From assembly GCF_001194135.2 (NCBI RefSeq), contig NC_068981.1, positions 94,812,637-94,866,176 of the forward strand: a DNA stretch of 53,540 nt, read 5' to 3'. The position numbers were made by a program, and so were the translations under genes. This DNA comes from Octopus bimaculoides (taxonomy: Eukaryota). Positions 36,860 through 47,789 of the stretch are shown one piece after another. The notes under the pieces were generated by a model. It did not search any database and was not told the origin of the DNA. It saw only the letters and a program-made list of their open reading frames with translations. Each line of letters opens with the position of its first letter. Position 1 is the stretch's first letter.

Positions 36860-36960
36860 TGATTTCAAATTTTGGCACAAGGCTAGCAGTTTGTGGAGAG
36901 GTGGTTAAGTTGATTACATCGACCCTCATGCTCAACTGATATCTATTTTATCGACTCCGG
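36860..36960 (-). mobile_element. SINE family B tail fragment
   Basis: gatttcaaattttggcacaaggc..gattacatcgacc. Confidence 0.7.
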
Positions 36961-38451
36961 TGGAAAGTGCTATATTATGTATTATACAATATTTTTTCAC
37001 CTCAATCATAATCACATTGCAATCATCATCTAACAACTACCACACCTTACAGCATTACGTTACAAGATCCACTGAGCTAAGTAGAATAGATAAGGTTTAT
37101 TGTTTTTCCCACGATCCAATGATAAGATACATAAAGTTTGAGGGCAATGCCTTATCTAAACGAACATTGCGAGCTACTAAAGGTTTGCTGTTAAAATTCC
37201 AGTTTTAAAAGTTTTGTTTCATTTAGGTTTCGTAGTCGAACAATTTTGTTAGATTCCATAAAACCAGTGACCGTGCTGTTGGAGATAACTTGCTTGTTAT
37301 CTTTGCTTTAAAAGTGATAACTGGAAGCGTAGATGAGGTTAGGATATATACTGAATCTTAAGAACACTTCTGGCTGGCTTATCTAACGGTATATAATTTT
37401 ATTGAACTTAAACTTGTACGCTGATAACAAAAGATAAACAAGTACAATGTCAGAATATTATATTTCTTTGAAAACATATTTACTGCATCCAACAAAATTC
37501 AGTAGATGTTCTGCACACGGAATATACATAGGTCGCTTGTTTGTCTCTAAAACATTTCATTGCATTCCCTTCTGTTTACCAGCCATATTGTTTGCATTAT
37601 CATATGATATCATTATTGAGATCAACATTGTAAACTTCACTGTAACTTCCTTATAATTACAATTATAACTACTATAACTTCCATACTTTTCCCACTGTGA
37701 TCTTCCAACTATAGAAAAGTTGGAACGCGTTCAACACGTAAATAATTACCAGGTGCTATTTATCTTACTATAACAGTTAATTGATCCACATAATAAAGAG
37801 CAAGTGTAGAGTCCAAAAACACACTGAACTAACCGGCTTTCTCAAATCATCTAAAATTGATTGCCTTACTCAAGTAGAGTAATAGTAGAGTAAGAGGCTT
37901 ACTACTCATTATTCAGAGGCTGAATAATTTCATTTCATGTTAACCCATTTAATCCTAGTGGTGCCGTACGGCACCGCAAACATTGGGTATAAAAACACTT
38001 TATAACAACGATAGGAACAGTAATTTCTATGGAACATGTATTGAGCATGTTAAGAATGGCTCTTGCCTCAGTGTATGATGCAACAGTTTAGAAGCTGTGC
38101 GACCTGGGGATAGTGAGCACGTGTGTTTGTAAGCTAATGTGAAAAACATCCTCTGCGGAGATGACTTCTCTAAACAAAAGAGTTACTATTTGTTTGCTAA
38201 TTCAGGAATATGGTCAAAATATCTTGTATTTTATTAGAATAATATCTAAATACTTTGTTAGAAATAGGAACAAATGAAAATAATCCATAAAATCTATTGC
38301 AGTGACGTTTGTTTTGTTGAATTATTTTACGGTGCCATATAGCACCGCTAGGAAATACACAGTACAACCTGTTATTTGCTATATTTTTGGCTTCTTTCCT
38401 TGGAACATGGACTTTCAACAATGAAAGCATAGTTTTCTCTTACTATACGTG

Positions 38452-38697
38452 TTATTACCACTGCCAAGGATGTTATGTTTTTGTCGGTGTTGGTTTGTCT
38501 GACTGTTTGTCTGTTTGTGTGTTTGTTAGCAACCTGACTCTAAAAGTTATGGATGGATTCTGATGAAATTTTCAGGAAATGTTCAAAATAGAACAAGTAA
38601 CAAATGATTAGATTTTGGAGGTGATCCAATGTAAACCAAACTATGGTGGTGGGAGAGGGGCATGCTGCTTGGTAGAGGTCAGCACTTGTCGAGTGCT
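38452..38697 (+). mobile_element. Helentron-associated (HINE/DINE-like) non-autonomous element
   Basis: 5' ttattaccactgccaagga, internal (GTTT/GTCT)n, 3' subterminal inverted cttggtagaggt, terminal hairpin agcact-tgtcg-agtgct, followed shortly by a T-run. Confidence 0.7.
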
Positions 38698-38735
38698 AAA
38701 TTTTTTAGTTTTTCACTATTGTATATTTTTTTCAG

Positions 38736-40910
38736 GAAACGTGAACTGTCGTTGAATGAAATTTTGAGTATTCTTGAAGAGGAAGATGACGGCCCATATG
38801 ATATTTTCATTGACACCCTCCAACCCACCCCCGGAGGTCACTGACCAGACAGATGAAAATTCGGGAAAAGAAGTCGAAGCTGACACCATTCAACACACTC
38901 AACATCTCTCAAGCAACCAACTTCGCGCCCCAGCAGAATTGCAGTCATGAAGTACGAAAATAAAAGATAACGAAGTGATGCAGAAAGAAAGTTCTGCTGA
39001 AACATAGGAGGCTTCAGGTGCGGGAAACAAAAGGAAAAAATGCCAAATTACTTGGAAAAAGGCTGAAACATAAGTGATGCCTTCCATTTTTCCTGAGTGT
39101 AACTATTCAAAATACAGGGATTTTAGTGAAGTGGAATTATTCTAGCTATTCTATGACGATGATATAATTAAGCACTCAATGAAAGAAATGACAAAATACT
39201 GCTTGAAAAAGAACTACACTGATATGAATATGTTGTTGTTGGCACTCCGTCGCTTACGACGTCGAGTGTTCCAGTTGATCCGATCAACGGAACAGCCTGC
39301 TCGTGAAATTAACGTGCAAGTGGCTGAGCACTCCACAGACACGTGTACCCTTAACGTAATTCTCGGGGATATTCAGCGTGACACTGTGTGACAAGGCTGA
39401 GCCTTTGAATTACAGGCACAACAGAAACAGAAAGTAAGAGTGAGAGAAAATTGTGGTGAAAGAGTACAGCAGGGTTCGCCACCATCCCCTGCCGGAGCCT
39501 CGTGGAGCTTTTAGGTGTTTTCTCTCAATAAACACTCACAACGCCCGGTCTGGGAATCGAAACCGCGATCCTATAACCGCGTGTCCGCTGCCCTGACTAC
39601 TGGGCCATTGCGCCTCCACGATATTAATATATCCTTGAATGAATTCAAAGTGTTCCTTGCTATTTTCATAGTTTCAGAATATAATCAATTACCTCGTCGC
39701 TATATGTATTGGCCACATACGTCGGATACATTCAATGAAGCTGTCAGTAATGCTAATGGACGCGACCAGTTTGATGCTATAATGCTTCACTTCAATGCAG
39801 AAGATGATATCAATAAAAGTGATAAATTTGCAAAACTGCGACCGTTCATATCTCATTTACAAAAGAAATTTATGGAACATTTTGTTCCAGCACCAAGTAT
39901 TTCACATGATGAAGCAATGGTGGAATATTTTGGCAAGTATAGCTGCAAGCAATCTATTCGCAATAAACCTATAAGATTTGGATACAAAATCTGGTGTCAA
40001 AATTCGTCTTCAGGATATCTAATAGCCTTTGATCCCTATCTACTGTGGAAATGTAGAATTAGAATCGACGTATGGGAAGTGTTCATCAGCAGTACTTCAT
40101 TTACTGGATTGCTAAAGTGATGAGAAAAAACACCTTCCTTATCATGTATATTTTGATAACTTGCTCACATCAGTGCTACTTCTAAATCAACACAAAACTT
40201 TGGGATACAGTGGTACTGGTACATTGAGAGCAAACAGATTAAATGCTTCGTATCCTATTTCTTCTATGCGCTGTTTTGATAAAAAAAAAGAAGAAGAACG
40301 AGGCCCTTCAGAGACTGTCACCGGAGTCCTGGAATCCAATGGTATAAAAATTACCAGATGGAAGGATAACACTGTTGTAACAATGGGATCCACCGATTAT
40401 GAGAAGAACCCTGTTAGCAAAGTCAAGCGTTGGTCTAAGGAGAAGTCAAAACACATATAGGTACCAAATCCTGGTTTATAATTACAATAAGAATATGGGA
40501 GAAACCGATCAGATGGACCAAAACATCAATTCATATCGCATTGGCATACGTGAGAAAAAATGGTGGTGAAGTCTTTTCACTTGGACTGTAGATGTCTCCA
40601 TTCAAAATGCTTCGATTTTAGCACGAGGAAAAGGTCTGCATTGGAGCAACTGGACTTCAGAAAAGCAGTTGCCATGTCATACTTGCGAAGATTTCAGGTT
40701 TAGCCAAAATGTTCCGGCAAAAAAATGGAAGTCATGTCCAGGAGATTCTGATATACGATACGATGGTTCTGAACACTATGTGCTATCAGTAGCAGGGAAC
40801 AAGCGACGAAAATGTCAGGGAGAATTTTGTAAATCACAACTCGAACTAAATGTGAAAAATGCGATGTGGGTTTATGTATCTAGTGTTTTGCAGATTATCA
40901 TAAAAAATAA
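38736..40910 (+). pseudogene. piggyBac transposase (PGBD2/3-like DDD type), with stops, frameshifts and a SINE insertion
   Basis: ELSLNEILSILEEED; LPRRYMYW; SHDEAM (D1); KPIRFGYKIW; VYFDNLLTS (D2); NMGETDQMDQN (D3); C-terminal Cys-rich RRKC..C..TKCEKCDVGLC..CFADYH. Confidence 0.9.
39232..39617 (-). mobile_element. Full-length tRNA-headed SINE, head H2 plus tail T2, inside the piggyBac ORF
   Basis: rc head ggaggcgcaatggcccagtagtcagggcagcgg..ggtttcgattccc; (AAC)3 tail; TSD gatatgaatat (39221-39231) / gatattaatat (39620-39630); excision gives NYTDMNISLNEFKVFL. Confidence 0.9.
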
Positions 40911-42187
40911 TCTGTTACTGTTGTGACTAACTCATAATGTATGGAATATATGATAAAGGAGCATTTTTTCAATAATAATTACCATAAAATGTATCATATT
41001 GCCTTTACTTTTTATTTTTGTTATTTACTGAATAAAAAGGAAGAAATTACCACAGTTTTTTTGTACCCTTATTATCCTACCGGTGCCATATGGCACCTGG
41101 GTTTGTTTTAGTATGTATTTTGAATTTTACATTTCTGGCTTCAAATTGATATAACTGGTGTTTAAGCTAACCCTTTAACAAAGTTTCAGCAAAATCAGAA
41201 ATAAAGTTATCCTCAGAACAAATAGGTTAACTGAGACGAATATGAAGGAGACCAACACATGTTTCCATATTGTTTTATGTAGTCGGAAGAATTCATTCTG
41301 ACAGGCCAAGGTTGTTGCCATTATTTTATGATCCAAAAGTTTCATTTTCCCTCCTAAGACGTAGGCCATGTTCTGTTAAATTCCGTATTACTGCAACAGC
41401 ACACACATGGACAATCTATTCTGTTCGTCTTAAAGCTACTGCTGAACCACGTTTTCTTGTTAAGTTTATCTGCAAGAACGTTCTGTGCTTTTCAAATTTT
41501 CCATAACTTTGAATTGCGTGACATTTTACTAGTTTGAAAATCTACCGGAAGCTATCGTTGCATCTGATGTTGAAAATTTTTGATAACGCTGTAAACACAG
41601 GCAGTTGTTAGAGAGGACACTAGCCATGCCTGATGGCTTATTTCTTAATTAATTTTTCTGGAATCAAAAAAGTTTTTTTGAATAATATGAATATCTATCA
41701 TTGATTTTTGATGACACTGTAGTTTTCAAATTGGCCATCCCTAAATATCCAAGATGAGAGTTCGATCTTGATTAAGACACCCCATAAACCAAGATCATTG
41801 AGTTCCATAAATTTTGTTGTTTCAGCTGAAGACTTTGGTTCTGTCCTGCTCATATCTATTCATTTCCGGTGTTTTTCTCAGCTGCAATCTTATAAATAGA
41901 GATATTAGTTTGCCGTTGTCTTGGATTTTGTTGATTGCCTTCGGTTTGTCGATCGTTATCAGTTGCTGGAGTATAAAACATCTGTCAAGTGTTGCTACTT
42001 TTTGACGTTGCTCTTTAAAACGTTGCCTTCTTTATCTTTTCCACTATCAGCTCTTAAATGTTAAATTTGAGCTTCAAATATGGTATAATATCATATATAC
42101 TTCACATTTTCCAGTTAATTATTCAAATAAGCTAAAAAGAAGGCGAAACACTAAATTTAAATTATTTAAATTATTGGTTAAATACAT

Positions 42188-42402
42188 ATATTGGTTTCGA
42201 ATTTTGGAACAAGGCCAGCAATTTCGAGAGGTGGGTAAATCGATCACATCGACCCCAGTACTCAACTGATATTTATTTTATTGACCCCGAAAGAATGAAA
42301 AGCAAAGTCGACCTCTCGGAATTTGGACTCGGAACGTAAAGACGGACAAAATGTCACTAAGCGCTTTGCCCGACACAGCAACCATTCTGCCAGCTCGCTG
42401 CT
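42188..42402 (-). mobile_element. SINE family B
   Basis: Full-length match. Confidence 0.85.
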
Positions 42403-42418
42403 TTCAGCAAAATGAATA

Positions 42419-42560
42419 CAGGCATATCCGCGTTGCGGCTACTTCATGTTACCAGATTTCGTGCTTACGGAAATTGTAAAGTATGATCGTTAATTTCGGG
42501 ATGCAGTCTGTAAGTTCGCATTTGCAGAAACTCGTATTGCATAGTTTTTAAACTGTTAAT
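42419..42560 (+). mobile_element. Possible Tigger-like left-end fragment
   Basis: TA followed by caggcatatccgcgttgcggc, resembling Tigger termini. Confidence 0.35.
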
Positions 42561-42577
42561 AATTTAAAAGTACACTA

Positions 42578-42749
42578 AGGCGGTGGGCTGGCAGAATCGT
42601 TAGCACGCTGGGTATCAGTCTTTACGTTATGAGTTCAAATTCCACCGAGGTCAACTTTGCCTTTCATCTTTTGAGTACTCGGGTCGATGTAATCGACTTA
42701 TCTCCTCCCTGAAATTGCTGTCCTTGTGCCAAAATTTGAAACCAGTTTA
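42578..42749 (+). mobile_element. SINE family B (internally deleted)
   Basis: ggcggtgggctggcagaatcgttagcacgc..gagttcaaattccaccgaggtcaac..ccaaaatttgaaacca. Confidence 0.85.
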
Positions 42750-43440
42750 AAAGTACTATTTATTCTTAGCTTAATAGCCACTTGCGTTTTAGTTAAAATC
42801 AAAGTATATAAAGGACGCAACAAAATGCATTGTGGGGCAGAATGAGTAATGAATAAATTCAATAAATTCTTCAATTCAACACGCAAATATATAAGGAAAA
42901 GAGCTACAATGATAATCTTGTGTTAAGATTTTACATATAGTCAAGTTTCATTAATTTCATATCATATGCCAATTTTCGAAGATCTTTTTTTCATTTAACC
43001 GAGTTACTTTGTAATGTTTGTTGCATTTTTGATTTTTTTTTATGTCTTAGGATGGATATCGACGTGTATGAGTCTTACTTCAAATGTAATCCTGGAAAAT
43101 GGGAAAATCAAATTTAATTTTCGTTGTCCTATTCATTCTATCCCACCTAAATTTATCTCTTGCATGATCAAAGAGAACAGAAATATATTTTCTGAAACAG
43201 TGTTCTGGATATGTTATAGGGCTTTCGATGCTTTTAGCGAATGTCATTTGCCTTGCTGACATAATTTTTGTAAGGTGGCGAACATTTGTAAAAATTTTTT
43301 TCATAGTCAAAATGTAGTAAATAATACTCATTGTGGACCCCACCTCCACTACCTAATTAACGGGTTGAAGAACAAGCTTCACATTACACATATACATGCA
43401 CACACATACACACATGTATATATAATGTACATAATGTGAG

Positions 43441-43487
<47 letters not shown>

Positions 43488-44397
43488 ATATACGTGTGAA
43501 TGTGTGTACGTATGTATGTATGCATGCATGTATGTATCATTCAACTACGGAAGTAGTTGAATAATATTCTTAAGGTCGCAATTCATTCACACGCAGCATC
43601 TTCAGATCATTGTCGCTAATTCAGTTCTTAACCAAATTGAAAACATTTTTGAAAACCAAATTGTTAAGAACTTTGAAGAAGGCCGGTCCCGAGCTACATT
43701 TTGGCATAAACAAATTGAGATTTGGTCCAGTAGAAAAAAGTTTACATCAAACTTTATAGCAACGTTATAGGAGAGTAAGAAATGCCTCCAATCAAGTTTA
43801 GATCTAAATATTTTTTATTATTTTAAAAGCAAAATATATTAAACTTAGCTTCAATGAAAGAAGAAAGCATGAAGAATTTCATAGTTTTAATGCCATGCAA
43901 CAAAAATTTGTATAAAAAAAAGTTGTGAGGTAAAATATCACGAAAAAATATAAGTAAGGTAAAAAAAATTGTATTGAAGTATAATTGACATTTTTATTTT
44001 AAAAACAAACTTTATTTTAATTAAGCGTCATAGATAGAGCTCAATTTGAGGAATTCCATGGTATCAATCTCATGCAATGAAGTTTTAAAAGAAAAAGTTA
44101 TGAGTGTTTATTTCTGAAATTTGAGGGTGATAATATAGTTCTATACTTTTTTATGGATATAGTTCTATAAGGGACTTTTAATATATGTCACTGGCATCAT
44201 TGAGGTAAGGAAAAAATTATCAACGACACCACTAATTTGCAATTAGTATAATTGTGTCATCTTATTAATTAATGAAATTGTATCATAAAAATGAAAAAAA
44301 TAAAGTCGGAGGTAATGATCATGNNNNNNNNNNNNNNNNNNNNNNNNNNNNNNNNNNNNNNNNNNNNNNNNNNNNNTAAAAAAAAATCTTTTAGACG

Positions 44398-44996
44398 AAA
44401 TACGTAGAAAAATACGGAGATTATGATTCTGAAAAAAAAAAAAATGTTGTAAGATTTCAATTTTTCAAAATCAAATAATAAACACCCCCTCCCCCTCCGT
44501 CCTATGACAAGAAGTGAAATTAAAGTGTTTTCTCTTCTAATGTTTCACGCATACATAGAATTATAAAATAGCAGACGCAAAAAGTATCTAAACAGGAAAC
44601 CTGACATGCTAGAAATACGTTTTCAAAATTTTAATACGAATTACCAAAGAAAAAAATTTCAAAATTTAAATCCGCCCAATCAGGAAATCTGACAAGCAAG
44701 AAACAACAGCCAAACCGAGGATCAACTTCCTAAATACGAATTACCAAAAGAGGAAAAAAATTGTAAATATCATTTTGTTGTGTGCAAAAAATTTTTATAT
44801 ACCTCTCTTAATTCCAAAAGACGCTAAATCACATATTCGTCATGAAACATTAGTAGAGAAAACACTTTAATTTCACTTCTTGTCATAGGGTAGAGGGGAC
44901 GGGGGTTGTTTTTTGTTTTGTTTTTGAAAAATTGAAATTTTACAGATTTTTTTTTTTTTTCAGAATCAGAATCTCCGTATTTTTCTACGTATTTTG
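44398..44996. mobile_element. Long-TIR (about 150-bp arms) fold-back element between two gaps
   Basis: 44398-44547 is approximately the rc of 44843-44996; the spacer has duplicated aatacgaattaccaaa and caggaaa(c/t)ctgaca. Confidence 0.7.
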
Positions 44997-46035
44997 CCAA
45001 AAAAAAAAAATTTTAGTGAAAATTTAAGAAATTTAGGTGGTGGGGTGAATGGGGGATTTAAATTTTGAAATGCAGATTTTTTTGCAGATTCGGAATCTCC
45101 GCCCTCGATATAGTGTGTTTCTATAAAAAAGAAAACAANNNNNNNNNNNNNNNNNNNNNNNNNNNNNNNNNNNNNNNNNNNNNNNNNNNNNNNNNNNNNN
45201 NNNNNNNNNNNNNNNNNNNNNNNNNNNNNNNNNNNNNNNNNNNNNNNNNNNNNNNNNNNNNNNNNNNNNNNNNNNNNNNNNNNNNNNNNNNNNNNNNNNN
45301 NNNNNNNNNNNNNNNNNNNNNNNNNNNNNNNNNNNNNNNNNNNNNNNNNNNNNNNNNNNNNNNNNNNNNNNNNNNNNNNNNNNNNNNNNNNNNNNNNNNN
45401 NNNNNNNNNNNNNNNNNNNNNNNNNNNNNNNNNNNNNNNNNNNNNNNNNNNNNNNNNNNNNNNNNNNNNNNNNNNNNNNNNNNNNNNNNNNNNNNNNNNN
45501 NNNNNNNNNNNNNNNNNNNNNNNNNNNNNNNNNNNNNNNNNNNNNNNNNNNNNNNNNNNNNNNNNNNNNNNNNNNNNNNNNNNNNNNNNNNNNNNNNNNN
45601 NNNNNNNNNNNNNNNNNNNNNNNNNNNNNNNNNNNNNNNNNNNNNNNNNNNNNNNNNNNNNNNNNNNNNNNNNNNNNNNNNNNNNNNNNNNNNNNNNNNN
45701 NNNNNNNNNNNNNNNNNNNNNNNNNNNNNNNNNNNNNNNNNNNNNNNNNNNNNNNNNNNNNNNNNNNNNNNNNNNNNNNNNNNNNNNNNNNNNNNNNNNN
45801 NNNNNNNNNNNNNNNNNNNNNNNNNNNNNNNNNNNNNNNNNNNNNNNNNNNNNNNNNNNNNNNNNNNNNNNNNNNNNNNNNNNNNNNNNNNNNNNNNNNN
45901 NNNNNNNNNNNNNNNNNNNNNNNNNNNNNNNNNNNNNNNNNNNNNNNNNNNNNNNNNNNNNNNNNNNNNNNNNNNNNNNNNNNNNNNNNNNNNNNNNNNN
46001 NNNNNNNNNNNNNNNNNNNNNNNNNNNNNNNNNNN

Positions 46036-46073
<38 letters not shown>

Positions 46074-46330
46074 AACACACACCTCTCTCTCTGACAACAC
46101 ACACCTCTCTCTCTCAGTCAATCACTCACACACACACTCCAAAAAGATGCGAGGAAAAATTTTAAAAATTGTACGCTGTCATTCTCTTTCCCTCAAACGC
46201 ACACAACAACAACAAAAACACACCTTCTCTCTCTCTCACTTTCTCTCTCTCTCTCACTTTCTCTCTCTCTCTCACTTTCTCTCTCTCTCACTTTCTCTCT
46301 CTCTCACTTTCTCTCTCACATACACACACA
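46036..46330. repeat. (CT)n plus a 16-bp minisatellite (ttctctctctctcact, about 5 copies)
   Basis: Direct inspection. Confidence 0.85.
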
Positions 46331-46441
46331 ACACACACTTTAAATTTATTGTCCAATTTTCAATAAGGTAAAATCTTAAATTATCAATTGGCACGTTATT
46401 AATTAGCATAGTAGCATAGCCTGAAAAAAACATGGAAAATA

Positions 46442-47253
46442 CACGGAAAATGCGAGCAAGAGAAATAAGACTCTTAAGGTTATAAACCTGGAAAATTATA
46501 GGACAAGTTATTACACTTGGAAAAGTTCAGGACAATTTATGACATCTGGTAAAGTACAGAACAAGAAAATTTTTACTTAAAATATTGCAGCTAAGGATAA
46601 AATTTGAATATTAAAAATATTTGATTTTAATTTACAAAGTAACATTATAATTAAAAAAAGGTACCATCATTTTGTTAAAATATTGACACACTAGAATACT
46701 TAAAAAATGAGAGCCAGAAGTACCAATATATAGCTAAGGTTTTATGCAAAGTGGAACAGTATATATGGTAGGCAAATTCAAGACTAAAAATGTGAAGACT
46801 TGGCAATAACTTTGGCAATAACTCAAGCAAATTTTACTGTGAATTTGTTGTATATAGATTTTACTGTAATATATAACTCATTTTTTTATTATTCTATCTA
46901 TTGTACTAATTATGTACTATTACTTTTTTTATAATATATTTTCAAATTTCTAATTATTAATTAATAGTTATAAAAAGGATTTTTTTTAAAGGGCAAAAAA
47001 TATTTTCAGTTATTTTTTATTTCTAATAGAAGTAACAAGTAATAAGAAATAGAAGTAATAACTTGTAATATTTTTTTCATTTCAATAAAAGCTAATATTT
47101 TCTAAATCTAAATATTTTATTTGAATTTTTATCCTTAGCTGCAATATTTTAAGTAAAAATTTTCCTGAACTGTTCCAAGTATAATAACTTGTCCTGTACT
47201 TTTCCAGGTTTGTAATCTTAAGTATATTATTTCTCTTGCTCGCATTTTTCCTG
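46442..47253. mobile_element. 812-bp AT-rich non-autonomous element with about 150-190-bp TIRs, flanked by TA
   Basis: Left cacggaaaatgcgagcaagagaaataa..atattgcagctaaggataaaa versus rc of 47105-47253; TA at 46440-46441 and 47254-47255. Confidence 0.75.
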
Positions 47254-47743
47254 TAATGTATGTACGTATGTATGTATGTATGTATGTATGTATGTATGTA
47301 TGTATGCGTGTGTGTGCTTTTATCATCAATACGAACACAACCACCAACAGCATCAGTAACAGTAGTATATAGCATGAAGTATAAGCAAATCCATTTCAAA
47401 TAAAACACATAATGTGGTATCCTGGTGTATTTTAAAAATTGAACGAAATGTCTTTTGTCCTACATATATGAGGATTGACTTGAGCCACAACAATACAGTT
47501 AGCAAGAACAGTATTACTACTACAACACTAACAATACCTGTTCACCATCACTAACATTTAAACCAATGAAACCCACATCATCCCCACTGTCAACCCGCCA
47601 ACTTTTGAATCCAACTGACCACAACAGATATCAGCATGTACACGAACACGTGTGTGCATGAGTGTGTGTACCAATGCTTGTGTATGAGAGAGAGAGGAGG
47701 AGAGAGAGGGGAAGAGAGAGAGGGAAGGAGAGAGCGTGTGTGT

Positions 47744-47789
<46 letters not shown>

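Larger units (their letters stand above)
37944..41226 (+). mobile_element. piggyBac-like DNA transposon
   Basis: Flanked by TTAA (37940-37943; 41227-41230); left end cccatttaatcctag; decayed right end aaatagg; host hAT frame restored on excision. Confidence 0.85.
37440..42060 (-). pseudogene. hAT transposase relic (Tip100/Zaphod, ZMYM1-like type) split by the piggyBac
   Basis: Right part NDLGLWG, AWLVSS..VY, EHGLRLRRENETFGS*NNGNNLG; across the TTAA SPSYSSQLT*NEIIQ; left part VDQLTVIVR, SYDNANNMAGKQKGMQ, MYIPCAEHLLNFVG. Confidence 0.8.

Noticed and set aside
39540-39617. tRNA-like sequences (also at 5325, 7260, 13590, 31900, 34757, 42580)
   Set aside because: They are SINE heads with A/B-box-like motifs joined to SINE bodies, not stand-alone cloverleafs.
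43014-43349. ORFs 43014-43259 and 43080-43349 as stand-alone genes or a transposase
   Set aside because: No recognisable motif; retained only as a speculative downstream exon in the promoter finding.
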